From Blasia pusilla (taxonomy: Eukaryota): 64,000 bases of DNA. The notes under the pieces were generated by a model. That model was not told the DNA's origin and searched no databases. It was given only the letters and a program-made list of their open reading frames with translations. Within the stretch, counting starts at the first letter, position 1; each line of letters opens with the position of its first letter. Location: the NCBI GenBank assembly GCA_050084515.1, contig CM114271.1, forward strand, positions 47,368,001 to 47,432,000, written 5' to 3'. Below are positions 39,382 through 52,700 of the stretch, piece by piece. The translations under genes and the position numbers were made by a program.

Positions 39382-40263
39382 ATGCATTCGCGAGGCATCG
39401 GATGCGTGCAAGGGCAACGGCAAGTGCCTCGGAGTTCCTCGTCCTGGAATCCTGGGAGCGAGGATGGTGGCAGCGGCTGTGCGCGCTCCAGTAGAGCTAG
39501 AGAGAGCGTGGCAATGGCAGCGCCTCACTGCTCGAATTCGCCGAGCAGAGGGGGAGAACTGACCCGGCAAGTGCTGAGCAACGAAGGCAGAACGAAGCTC
39601 AACACCTTCTCGGACCGCAGCTTCTACTCCTCCCCGAGGTTCGTCACCCATGTGGACGACAAATTCCTCTCCACCCTCACCGCTCTGTATCGTGAGCGCG
39701 TTCCCCAGGATGCAGAGATCTTGGATCTGATGAGCTCGTGGGTCAGCCATCTGCCAGCGGATGCCAAGTACAAGCGCGTCGTGGGTCACGGGTTGAACGC
39801 AGCAGAACTCAACCGCAACCATAGACTGGATCACTTCTTCGTGAAGGACTTGAATGAAGATACTAAGCTGGAGGCTGCGGATTGTAGCTTCGACGCAGTG
39901 CTGTGCACCGTGAGCGTGCAATACTTGCAGCAACCTGAGAAGGTGTTCGCTGAAATCTACAGGGTTCTGAGGCCCGGGGGTGTGTGCATCGTGAGCTTCA
40001 GCAACCGCATGTTCTACGAAAAGGCCGTGGCGTCCTGGCGCGATGGGAGCCCTTACGGAAGAACACGATTGGTAGTGCAGTACTTCCAGTGCGTTGTAGG
40101 ATTCACGGAGCCGCAAGTAGTGCGGAAACTTTCAGGGCAATCCGACTCTTCCAAAGCGTCTTCTGGAAACCCTCTCCTCTCTTGGTTCGGCCGACTGTTT
40201 GATGCCCAGGGCTCCGACCCTTTCTACGCCGTCATTGCGTATCGCAACTTCAAACCTCTATGA
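39382..40263 (+). CDS. Class I SAM-dependent methyltransferase (Methyltransf_11-like), probably plastid-targeted, single exon
   Basis: Intact ORF with FYSSPRFVTHVDD, ILDLMSSWVSHLP, VVGHGLN, SFDAVLCTVSVQYL, EIYRVLRPGG and SFSNRMF, typical of a plant/cyanobacterial family. Ser/Arg-rich N-terminus. Start codon uncertain (39382 or 39514). Confidence 0.88.
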   Translation: MHSRGIGCVQGQRQVPRSSSSWNPGSEDGGSGCARSSRARESVAMAAPHCSNSPSRGGELTRQVLSNEGRTKLNTFSDRSFYSSPRFVTHVDDKFLSTLTALYRERVPQDAEILDLMSSWVSHLPADAKYKRVVGHGLNAAELNRNHRLDHFFVKDLNEDTKLEAADCSFDAVLCTVSVQYLQQPEKVFAEIYRVLRPGGVCIVSFSNRMFYEKAVASWRDGSPYGRTRLVVQYFQCVVGFTEPQVVRKLSGQSDSSKASSGNPLLSWFGRLFDAQGSDPFYAVIAYRNFKPL

Positions 40264-43200
40264 ATCCACCGTCGTCGCTTCTTCTCTCTACAGCGCTCGG
40301 CATGAATACAATGCGCACATAGTCATCGGAGGAAGACCGGCGTTCCACAGCGGAAGGGTCCATCCATCCAGCTTTCCTCAATCGATTGGTAGCAAGTCTC
40401 AGAGTCGGTAGTGTACGCTGTCCATGTCGGGGGACAACACGGATGTATCAGCGAGCTCTGTCAAACACCTCGTCATATTTGTAAAGATGCATCAGAGAAT
40501 AAATGCGATTCAAGTTGAGAGCAAAGAATGGATGCGAGCAGCCCCACCGTGGAAACAAAAGCCAAGACGAATCGTACGATCGCTCATGCCCGAGTTGCTT
40601 TCTGACAGACAGGCCAGCGCCGGACGTGGTAGTGCAATACATGAGTAACATGACCTTCGACATCCAGAGGCCATCTAATAACGCGAATACGCAAGAGGTC
40701 GTCTGATAATACGAATACACACGGAGAAGACCTGAACTCAGATCCCCGTGAAAATTTGATTCGGATGCGCAGTTTGGTGTGCTTGACAAGTTATGACACA
40801 TCTGAAATTCCGATGTTTTCCTTCGTTTCCACTCTCAACCTTCACTTGGGAAGCCACGAAAGACATCAACTCTTTACACGCCTGGAACCGATTTCAGTCG
40901 GGACTGAAGATGGAGCAGTCCGCAGTCGGCGGTCCGGCTTTCGTAAGAGTAGCCCATTTGTGCATTGTCCGCTTGCAAACGCCCGCAACACCCTCAACTG
41001 CAAACCGACCCTCCCAGTGTTGGAAAATCCAAGCTCTGAATGAAGGCCTCCTAATAGTGTCGGAAAATTCCAATCGTACTGACCTGTCAATGAACGCCAC
41101 CTCATGAACACTGTACGGTTTCTGTTTATCCGCAAAGTAGAATGATTCATGAGTTTTAGTAATTACATTATCTCATTCTTTATTTTCATTTTTAAAAATA
41201 TTTTCAATTTTTAAGTATGCTGATATTTCAAATTTGATAAGTATGAATTTTTAATTTCATTTCAAAAATAAAAATGGAGAAAATTTCCCAATCTTCACTT
41301 AATCTTCGTAAGGCTCCCTCACGTTCATTTTCTTAATCTAAAATTATTTTTAATGGGTTAAAATTTTCCAAAATTTTAATTTCCAAGTTATTTTTGGAAG
41401 AAAATTGAGAGATGGGGATCTAAAAACTAACTTAATTTTCCCAATTAACAAGGAAAAAAATATGAAATTTTTTTTCCACATTAGAAAAGTCACCAAGAAG
41501 AATATATATACTAATTCGAGGATGCAATTTTGTGAAGCTGCTCTTGTCTTTGACACGTTTCACTGAACTTCTCTCAGAGATACTTTTTTCGCCTTAATGA
41601 GGTCTGAAAATTTGTGAAGAGAGCAAAGTTATTAATCAATTGCTGCAGTTATTAACGAGGGGCCGTGCATCGCATGATCGCTCATGGGTCGTAACTAGTT
41701 TTGTGATATTGTATTTTGAAAAGAATGAAATTTGTCATTATAAGATAGCTTCTTGATAGCCATTATAATCGAATCTAGGTGCCATACGAACTCTATAGTT
41801 CTATTACCCAAACCATTGTGCGGCCTCTACGACGCGTAGAGAATAGATTAATTAACACATACGTGCATGGGACACGTGGATAGTCTAGATGGCCAAAAAA
41901 AACGACGAGCACTTGTAGAGGCCGTAACGAGTACTACAATGTTGTCTCCATCTTTTTAGACAGTTATTTTTCTATCTAAACTTTAGATACAAAATACAAA
42001 AGAACACACTTGTTTTTCTTGTGGGGGAAATAATTTTTCCCCCACAAGAAAAAATCTCTACGTCCTCACATGAAAACATTTCTATAAGCAATTCTTGTTT
42101 TGGGTTCTATTCAAACATAGAACCGTGGATTCCATTCACCATATCTTCTCCTATGAAAGGAGCTCATGCACTAGTTTATAATTTTAGCCTCTATCTACTC
42201 TTAACCCCAATTCTCCAAAGGACCTTGGCATGAAACGTTCGCCCCGTCATTTCCTTTCTCTACCCCATTTATAAGCTTACCTTTTCTTTTCCACCCCCCA
42301 TTTCATCTCCACCAAGAACACGGATGGCAAGTCTCTTTTCCACTCTTTCGTGGAAGAAACTTCCTCTCTTATTCTATTGGGGAAGTGTACTCCTCCCATA
42401 CGCGATACCACGTGGACGTACGGGGACTTGATATATTTAAGGCCATACTAGTTTTGGAAAACCGGTGACATCATTTAACTTTGACTGGAAGAAACGGCCT
42501 GTGACATGGGTAACGGGAGAGAGGCTCGAGAACCCTACACTGTAAACTGCCTACTCTGCTCTACAAGAACACAATGATTTATTTCGACCGTCCTTCGGTT
42601 TCTCATACGATTGGTTCTAAAAAAGGGAGATTTACATTACATGAAAATAAGATGAGTATCCAAATATTCAGATACTTAATACTTTGGAGTAAAACATCAC
42701 AAGAAAATTTAATTTGTTTCCAATAATGAATTCATTCAATTCTCTCTCATTGTTTGTTTATGTTGTATTGGATTATAAATATTTTATAATCCAATACAAA
42801 TATTTTATAAAAAAATTACTAGTTTGTTCCCCATGTTATGAAGGGAAAAATGTGTGGGCACGTTCTTGTCTCTCTCTATTAAATTGACATGTGTCAATAT
42901 TAGAAGATCTCTCAAGGGATAGGTATTATCACTAGGAGGAGGGTTTTTTTTAATCTCGTCATCTCTTTAGTAATATAGATTACATGAAATTTTGAACGAA
43001 AAATTAAGTAAATAGAATTTTTCATTTTGGCACCTTAAAAAGACTCGTGTCTAGATAAACTTCCAACATTGATGATCTATATATTAATGGCAGGATTGAA
43101 TGTGTTTATGTTCACACTTGATTTCACACAGTTTTGCAAGGGTGGCCCATGTAGGTGTGGAAAAATACTTGGAACTCATTACAAGAGATCATGCAGAGAA

Positions 43201-46200
43201 ATATGAAAGAAGATGGATAGATAAATAAAGGGATAGAAACTAAATGAAAAATGGTGAGTGCAAGATTACAAAGTATGTGTTGGAAAATTTATGCCCATAT
43301 TTTGGGTGGACTAGCCTACAAGCAATATATTCCAATTTTCCCATGTAATGCACACGCCCTCTACAAACTACTTTTGCTCGACCCGCTTTCTTAATTTATT
43401 GTTTCAATATATTTTTTAGAGTTTATTCCCATGGGATGAGGCACTCATTAAGGCATTCCGCCGCGCTACGTCATCACAGTTGTAAATTCTTGGATCATTT
43501 TTAAATGGGAAAGATGTTCGGTTCTAGGATATTGCTTCCAATATGCGACGACTAGTGAATGTGTATTCAGGCCAATGATTGTCCTTCGTGGTTGCATGCT
43601 TGGCCAAAAAGGATTTTTCACTAGACTGAACATCTTTCACACTCATCCCCATGTTCACCCACCATCCAGAGTACATCCACTATTACATTCGGAGCAACTT
43701 TGTGAGTCATGGGAGTCATTGTGTAGTCGCAAGACAATCGTATTGGAGTCATAAATTTACAAGTCCCAAGCTCAAAAAATTTCATTGTAATGAGGCTCAA
43801 AAAAAAATTTCTTACACTCACAAGTTAGTCACGCCTCAATGGCAAAATGCTCATATGGTACTCGCATTTGACTTGTAGCTTTGTGAGTGTGGATGGTCGC
43901 AAAAAAGACCAGCAAATCACTTATGAAATAGTCCCACAATAGTGAGGTGAAGTAGTGGTTTTCTGTGGGTCCAAGAGGTAGTTTGGGACTCACAACACAC
44001 TTGCAAAGGACTCGTATGGTACCGGTTTTCTACACTCACAAGGTAATTGTTTTATGCTCCCTTTTTCTCATGTTGGACTAATTTTTAGGTATATAAAACA
44101 TCTTCTCAGGGGGATTTGATTCCTTCTAATTTTCCTTAGGGATGTCTTTGCTTCTTTATTTCTCATTTATTTCTTATAGTACGTTTGGAGTGAATAATTT
44201 TGGATAAAAAAACTTGTAATACTCGAAAATTCACTCATCTACATGTTCTTCAACATTTAAAAAAAAATCCACCAAAAAAATTTCAAGATCTAGCTTTGCT
44301 ACAAAAAGAAACTCGTTGGAAGGTGTTGAGAGGAGTCTTGGAAAGCTAGGAGGAGAAATGAAAACATAGTAGTTTGGACGCAAAAGGGGAGTTTATGGCC
44401 AAGGTTTTAATTTCGGAACTCGCTAGTAGTCTTTTGTGTGTCCCAAAAGCCCCTATTTTGAGTACAACTCACAAGCACAGAGAGGAGTCTTGGAAAGTTG
44501 GGAAGAAAAGCTATCACATCTTAGTTTGTTAGCTAGTATTTCTATTTGCATCTTTTGCTATTTTGGGCCAAGTGACTCATTGAGTGAGTTAATGGTCATG
44601 TGGTAACTTGTGTGTGTAGGTTACATGTGTAGGGCTATTTTGGGGGACGAGCCTTTTGGCTCTTTCTAGGGGTACATAAGCTGAGAGAGGTGGCTTTCAC
44701 AAGCTATCTTTCTCATGTTGAGCACTAAAGTCTACATGCCCTCGTGGTGGATATGGCTTGATATGCCAAAGTAGATCCAAAAGTGTATTCGGTCGTGTGT
44801 GCCACTTTTACTTTCATTTTACATAATGCCAGGGGGCAAGGGAGAATTCATCAAGGTTGCACACGGACAAAGTCCGTGTCCGTCCCTAGCTAGGACAAAC
44901 ATATTTGTGTGGGCTCGGGTACCCACGGCGTGCACCCAAGCCCACCCTTGAGCAAATCAAACCCGTAGGGTAGTCCCAGGCTGGTCTAGCCCGCACCGGT
45001 TTTGTGGCCCGTGGCTACTGCACAAGTTTTTGTCATTTTTCCATTTGGAAGTCTGTGCACAGAAGCGTTGCTCATTTTTCATCAAATTTTGCGAGAAGCA
45101 TACTAACGTTTAGCAATAGCAAAGTGATGGGAAAAATCATTCAAGTATAGCCCACATGTAGCATCGTCAAGAGAGCAATACAAATCACGAAACATGGTGA
45201 GAAAGAAAAAAAAAAAGAGGTTACAGCTAACCCTAGCTATAGGGGGTGCTCAAGTCATCAGATCCAACAATTGTGGAGTAGTTGTTTTGTGAATGCCTTG
45301 GATAGGATCATGAGGATGTGTCGCAAGTCATAGCCACTTTAGCACGTACAATTGGCATGTGAGTATATGTGCAATTGGAACTAACGTAGAAGAGTTAGAG
45401 TGGCGAAAGGAAAACATGCACCTAGTTGTCCTATGTGTATAGGCGTGTGGAGTGCCTATGGTGTACAACTCAACCTTCAGAAGAGAGGAAGTTACTAAAG
45501 TGGACCTCTAGGGAACCATCTTCCTCATAATATAACGTCCCCCTAGAAACTTGTGTTGCTTGTCATGCCCCCATACCTACCCTAGCCAATTGCCTTAATA
45601 TGTGGAACTTGACAAACCAATTGCAACTATATTCTAGTAAGGATGATGAATTGAACCAACTTCAATTACAAGTTTGGTCTTTTTATGCAATAAGTGATTA
45701 AATTGTGGGAAAATTGTGGTTGGCAAGAATCTTCACCCTTTAAATGGGAGGGGAAATCAGTTCTCTAGCTAAGAGCAAGGGTGTTGGGCTAGATGAAAAT
45801 CTCACAAATCTTGCCCCACCATGTTCGGTGGAACTGGTGGTTAAATACAATTTTGGGAACTTGGTGGCTATATGCAATGGGAAGGATATGGTGGCAATAT
45901 ACACTTAGGTGGTGCTAGTGGCTCCAATACATCTTGGTGAAGCTAGAGGTTAAATTAGGTTCTTTTGAGTTTGTACTAAGCAAAGCATAGTGCAAGCCAT
46001 GTTGCAAAGGCAAGGAAGGATGCATGTGTCCAAGTTGGCTAACTTGTACTTGGAATGGGCTGCCAATTCGGAATTCTGTCCCATAGGGATGAAGTCAAGG
46101 GTATTGCAAGTGCCTTCAAATAAAGCTATATAGACAATATATATACCCGACTTGCACTTTCATATGGAAGAATCCCATCAACAGAAATGTAGAGCTACGA

Positions 46201-47123
46201 ATGAGAAATTGAGGAGCTAGTGATTATGTCTGTGGCGAGTATGGATCAATCCCAAAGTGGATGGTTTTTTGCAATTAATTGAAAATGATGTGGTTGATTA
46301 CATACTATTGAGTGTTCACAAATACATTTTCTAGCAAGGTGGCGATGTTTTTATGGGGATGTCAACATCAACGTTTGAGAGCTTGACATTTATATTCTAG
46401 CAAGTCTCTCATATAGAAATAAAATTGAAAGGAGCATGGATGTTTCTTGTGGAGCATAGATGAGGATGTGGAGAAAGCATCGTTCATACCTCCTGTCGAA
46501 ATGTATTACCACCAATGTCATCACTTCTACTTGTCGTGAATATTAACCACACTAGGCTAGAAAGGAGGCAACAATTGAAGATGTCACTTATCCTCTTAGA
46601 GAAAGCCATATTAGTGAAGGTTCTTTAGGAGCCTTGCATGTTATACTTTGTTCTCCCAAACTACATGCTGAGGAGTTGCAAGATGTTCTAGATGAAATTG
46701 GAGGTAATTTGAAAAGTATGCGGGCGAGACTTGAAGATGTTCATACTTGACTCCTTACCTCCCAAGTGGTTGATATGAGATTGATACCTTCCGTGAAGGA
46801 AGCTCTTCATGTGGAGAGGAACTTGACTCAGAAGGACTAAAATGTCCATAGTTTGGAAGATATGGTCAAGGTAGAGGGTCAAGTTGTATGTCCTCTTGGA
46901 GGGGGGAGTACTTGTATTTTTTTGGTGATATCTTTAGTATGGAAATAAAGCGATCTATTTTTCCTAAAAATACATATTCTATATATTGAAACTTGGCTTT
47001 GCTACATGCCACATGTTGGGAACTATTTTTGGATACTATTGGTGACTAATTTGCATTGGTTAGTAAATTTAATATGGTTGATCACTTGGTTGCTAAACTA
47101 GAAATAAGCATTGTGAGTCCAAC

Positions 47124-47410
47124 TTCCATAAATTACTTGGGAGGTTGGTAAAACGATTCCCATAACTAGCTAGATAGTGGTCGGTTGCTAATCGTGACAA
47201 CCCATGGGATTTGGTTGCTTGTTGTGACAATAGCCAGTAGTGTAGCAAAAGTAAAAATTGGCATTCCATAAATTACTTGGGAGGTTGGTAAAAAAATTCC
47301 CACTACTAGCTTGAGAGTGGTCGGTTGCTAACTCTGAGAACCCATGGGATTTGGTTGCTTGTTGTGACAATAGCCACTAGGATAACAAAAATAAAAATTG
47401 GCATTCCATA
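47124..47410. repeat. Two tandem copies of a ~140-bp unit
   Basis: TTCCATAAATTACTTGGGAGGTTGGTAAAA...AACCCATGGGATTTGGTTGCTTGTTGTGACAATAGCCA...AAAAATTGGCATTCCATA occurs twice. Confidence 0.88.
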
Positions 47411-49799
47411 AAAGCAGAAAATATAGAAAAAGGCCAAAAGAGCTTACCAAATTAACTTTGAGAGTATGAATTGTTGTTGTATCTTCTTTTCCTCCACTAC
47501 CACTCGAAAACACCTCTAATCCATGCATTGTCTTTGCTAGTTCCCCCCACCTACATCAACTTCAGATGCCCTCAAATGATCTAAACGTATGGGTGTTCTC
47601 CTCCTCCAAGTTGCGTGACTACAATTTTTTCTTATACCTGAGATTGTATAGTCAACACTCACACCCATCAACGCATGAATTATGTTCAATACTCATCACT
47701 AAGGAAAAGTGGTCTCTGAGTGACAATATCCACACCAAATTCTTCACCATAATTAGAAAATATGCCTTCTGTCTAGATGAATGAATGAATGAATGAATGA
47801 ACTATGGTAGGAGTAAAATCTATTTGGAATTTTTGATCAATGAAGTAAACACAATATGTTTGGAAATTGTGACTTACGAGTTAGACTTCCTCATATTGAC
47901 ATCCTCGGGTGACAAACTATCGCCCACCAAACCAATAACAAAAATCCACATGCACCTACTGATCCACTAAGAGAATCGAGTTGGTTTGGCATATTCGATT
48001 CACCAATTGCTTTTAGTATGTCTAATAACCACGGGTGATCAAAAAGTGCTCCAAAGTTTGCATGCCTCGATCCATCATGAAGGATTTTTTGGGTTGTTAG
48101 ACAATCCCTATCTATGATCATCCTCTCCGTGGTTTGGAAATCTTGAGCCACCAAAATACTTGTTACCTTCAATGTGGAAGTAGTAGCAACTTATGGAAGT
48201 ACTTGGTCAAATAGGTTGCCTACTACATGGAATGCTTTCTTTGAAAATTATTTTTTAAGATGATGATAATAATAATACTAAAAATCATTGAAAAAATCTT
48301 ATTTTAAAGGGGATTAGTTAAGTAAAGCAACAACCATAGGCATGTTGGTTTGATATTCTTGTAAAACTTAAAGGGATCCCGTCAAAGTAGTACGTCGTAT
48401 AAAAGATTTCGTATAAAATCTTTATTTCTTTTTGGAAAAAAAAAGAAAACAAACGAGATCTCATGGAATTTCAGCTCGTAGGCTTTCCCAAGACATGATT
48501 CTTTGCCATAGGCCCGTTCCTTCCTAGCCGGTGCATCATTGATGTTAAGGTTGGTCTCTATCATCCCGTTGTCGATATCTTAGCGATCTCAAGCTGTCAT
48601 CTAATTTGGGATGGCTAACGTCCTTGCCACAATCTATTTGTGCAGATACTACCATGGCTTTAATTTTGCCACACACAACCTTCAACACCATCGACTTTGC
48701 CATTGTTGTACCATACCGCTTATGACCACAACATATTATTGAGGATAATCGAGGTGCGTCAATATCAAGGAGTACGTGCACTTGATTAGATGACTAGAGA
48801 AGTTTGGTCTTACAACAAGTTAGGGTCGAGTTACAATTTCCAAGGAGAGACATCGATATTTTGTTTCAAGTTATCCATTCTAGGCCCTTGTCCTACAATT
48901 GTGAAGGATTTCGAGTGTTAGGTTTTTGTTATAGATTTTGGTTTGAGGGTATGCTGTGAGCTTCATTGATGTATGAGAGTAGGGGACATAGACCTAAAAG
49001 GGATGCTCAGAGTGATATTATTTTCCTTTGTTGACTAGGGGATAGGCCAACATAAATTATTTCCTACCCACACCGCTTGTTGCTATGCCATCCACATCTA
49101 AGAGTGAAGGAGTGTAGGTTTGAGTCCCACACATTTGTAGTTTCAAGTGATTGAGAGTTTACTCGTGAGGGTAATAGTGATCGTGTGAAAGGTGCATAAG
49201 TATCACCACAGGTTTCGTGGTTCTGAGAGGTGACCTGTCAAGAATAGCAATGGCAAGGAGGGTTTACACAAAGTGGTATGAGGTATCGAGGAGGGATCGA
49301 CTTGAATTCCCTCTAAGTCATCCTCAAACGGAGGAGAGACTTCAGAGGAGTTCCCTACTACTTCACCCTAGGCATTGAGTGGTTCCAACATGTGGGCCTA
49401 AAAGATGGATGACCAGGGTAGAGGACCACATAGGTTTCTAAGAGCCGTGGGAATCATCGAGTTGTACAACTTTATTTTACAGTTTCAAAGTAAGTGCGAC
49501 TCCCAGAGGGTGAGGAACTCCCGAGAGTTCAACCTTTTCGCAACATGAAACGACATGTTTCAACTTTTGGAGGGATGGCCGACGGATGACTAGCATGAAT
49601 TCTTGAGTAGGTTTTTAGCGTAGATTGAGGCCAAAAAAATTTACTACGATCCACGCTTTGTGTCATGGATAGAGTCATTTGCAAATGAGGAGGAGATGGG
49701 AAAAGCTACCTCCTCCACTACTAGCGAGGCCTAAGGAGGGGTGACTCATTGAAGAATTATTGTATTGTCTAGTCAAGTTAGTCCAAGGTTCAACCTTGT

Positions 49800-52700
49800 G
49801 GTTGAGTTCTTTGCGAACTTGAAGAGGAACTACTAGGAAGTACAAACCAAGCAGATGAAGAGATTCCATGAAATCCAATCAACGGATTAGAGAAAGTTTG
49901 CACAAGGCGCTCACATGCTTGTTGTGGAAAAAGTGCTAAGCAAGCATAACTGGTGGAAAATGGCTCACACACACCACCACCACCACCACCATGGAGAACA
50001 AAATTTGCAATGAGAGAATGAGTGGAGGCTGGTCCCTTTCTCAATTTTATAGGGTATGTACAAGCAACCCTAACCCTAACCTTAGTCTCAAGCTAGACTA
50101 ACTGTGATTAACTAACCATGGTTAAGATAATCGCGCTTAACTGCCTAACCAAGATTAAGCTTCCCCTACTTTGAATGAGTACCAAATATAGCAGTTCAAG
50201 TGTCTCATGAGCTTGACTGTAACTCAACCTTCAATACTCCCCCTCAAGCTCATATTGATATCTCTAACACCTAAATCATTTCTAAACACCCCAAACTTAT
50301 CTCTCGACAATGCTTTTGTAAACATGTCAGCGATTTGCTGATCTGTACCTATATACACAAGATCTATTTCTCTTGCAAGTACTTTCTCTCTGATAAAATG
50401 ATAGTGCACCTCAACATGCTTTGTACGAGCATGAAACACATGGTTATTAGCAAGCTTGATGCTACTAATATTGTCTGTATATATTACACTAGGTCCTAAG
50501 TTACTAACACCAATCTCAACAAGTAATCGATGAAGCCATAGTGCCTCATATGCTGCATTGGTTGCTCCTCTGTACTCAGCCTCTGTTGAAGATAATTGTA
50601 GGTTGCTTCTTTGAAGCCCAACTTATAGCTGCGCTTCCCAAAGTTAATGAATAACCAGATGTGGAGTGTCGATTAGACACGCTTCTTGCCCAATCAGCAT
50701 ATGTGAATCCTTGTAATTGAAAACTCGGAGAAGGTTCAAACTGAAGCCCGAATTGAATAGAGAATTTCACATACCGCATAATCCTCCTCACAGCATCAAG
50801 GTGAGATTTTCGAGAAGCTTGCATAAACTGGCTCACTAGGCCAACAACATAGCTCAAATCTAGTCTGATTAAAGTTAAATAGATCAAACTTCCAATCAGG
50901 CCCCTCTACATATTAGAATCTGCAAGCAACTCTCCTTCATCCACTCTTAGCTTCAAGCTCTAGTCCAACGGTGTAGAGATTGGCTTACAAGTCGTTATAC
51001 CATATTTTGAAAGCATATGAAGAGTTTATTGTCATTGTAGTAACTACATGCTTTCTCCAACTTTGATAAACTCAATACCAAGGAAGTACTTGAGTTCTTC
51101 CAAGTCCTTCATATCAAATTCTGCTTGTAACTTAAGCTTGACTTGTTGTACCATTTCTTCAGTACTCCCAATAATCAGGAGGTCGTCAACATACAACACA
51201 ATGAGAACCGTATGATCTTGTCCTCTCAAGACATATAACGAGGAGTTAGAATCACATACCCTAAAACCCAACTCTTGTAGGACGTATGTAATCTTGCCAT
51301 ACCAAGCTCTTGGAGCTTGTTTGAGCCCATATAGAGCTTTCTTCAACATGCATATGTAAAATGGAAACTTGGGATGCTCGTATCCAAGTGGTTAAGTCAT
51401 ATATATCTCCTCGTATAGATCTCCATTCAAGAAGGCATTCTTGACGTCCATGTGATGTAATCTCCACTTCTTACTTATTGCAAGTGCAACCACTGTTCTC
51501 GTAGTCGCCATCTTTGCAACGAGGCTAAATTTTTCCTCATAATCGATACCATATTGTTGTGCACAGCCCTTAGCCATCAATGTCGCTTTGTATCTATTAA
51601 TTGTACCATCTTGATTGCGCTTGATTTTGTAAACCCATTTGCAACCAATATCTTCCTTATCGAAAGGTATATCAACCAGCTCCCATGTTTGTTGATGTCT
51701 AAATGCAGCAAGCTCTTCCTCCATAGCTTCAATCCATTCGACTTTACTTGCAGCTTCTTCAAAACAACTCGGCTTATGTTCTTGAAGGGTAGTTATCATA
51801 TATGCATGATGTGTTGCAAGAAAACCTTCATTTATGAATCTATGAACTGGATGTGTAACTCTACTTGATCTACGAAGTTATTGTTCAGAAGTAGATGCCT
51901 TTGGCACCTGACTCAAGCTTTGACTAGTGTCAACAGACTGAATACGTATTCTTCCCGTCCATGGACCCACATATTTAATTGATGAATCCAGGACCTTTCC
52001 TAATCTTGCACTAGTACTTGGGGAAGTTGAAGACAACGTTTGTTGGTTTACAGTCATATTCTCCCCCTCAACAGACAAGTTTAGAGGTGGAATAGGCTCA
52101 GACAGAGCATACCATGACTTAAGCTCATCAAAGACAACATCCCGACTAATAATAAGCTGCCTAGAGGATGGAATATAGCACTTATACCTCTTAGTTCCAT
52201 CAGCATAACCAATGAAGATACATCTTTCAGACTTAGGGTCTAATTTTTGACGTCTCTCAAAAGGAACATGAGCATAACAAATACACCCAAATACTTTCAA
52301 GAAGGAAAATCAGATTTATTTCCTATGAAGACTTCAAAAGGTGTTTTATCATGAACTCCTGCTGTTGGAGTTCGATTGGAGCTACAGCCTCTGCCCAATA
52401 GACCTTAGGCATGTTCTTATCATTCAACATAGCTCGTGCCCCTTCAGCAATATGTCGATTCTTCCTCTCAGCCACTCCATTTTGTTGTGGAGTGTAACGG
52501 CAAGTCACTTGACGTTGGATGCCATTCTGACGTAAATAGTCATCAAATTCTGTTGAAAGATACTCTCCTCCTCCATCACAATGTAATTTCAGAACGTGTT
52601 CTCCAATCTGCTTCTCTAGTAGAACTCTGAATGTTTGGAACACTAAGAATACCTCTAACTTGGCTTTCAGAAAGTATACCCATATATACCTAGATCATTC

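Noticed and set aside
38802-40116. Long antisense ORFs (198 and 261 aa) over the methyltransferase gene
   Set aside because: Shadow ORFs expected in GC-rich coding sequence, with no motifs.
39118-40263. Host methyltransferase as part of the transposon DNA-methyltransferase system
   Set aside because: It is a class I small-molecule-type SAM methyltransferase lacking the PC and ENV motifs, lies outside any element, and its proximity is probably coincidental.
41150-47100. AT-rich region with possible old transposon remnants
   Set aside because: I could not identify convincing termini, TSDs or protein motifs, so it is left unannotated.
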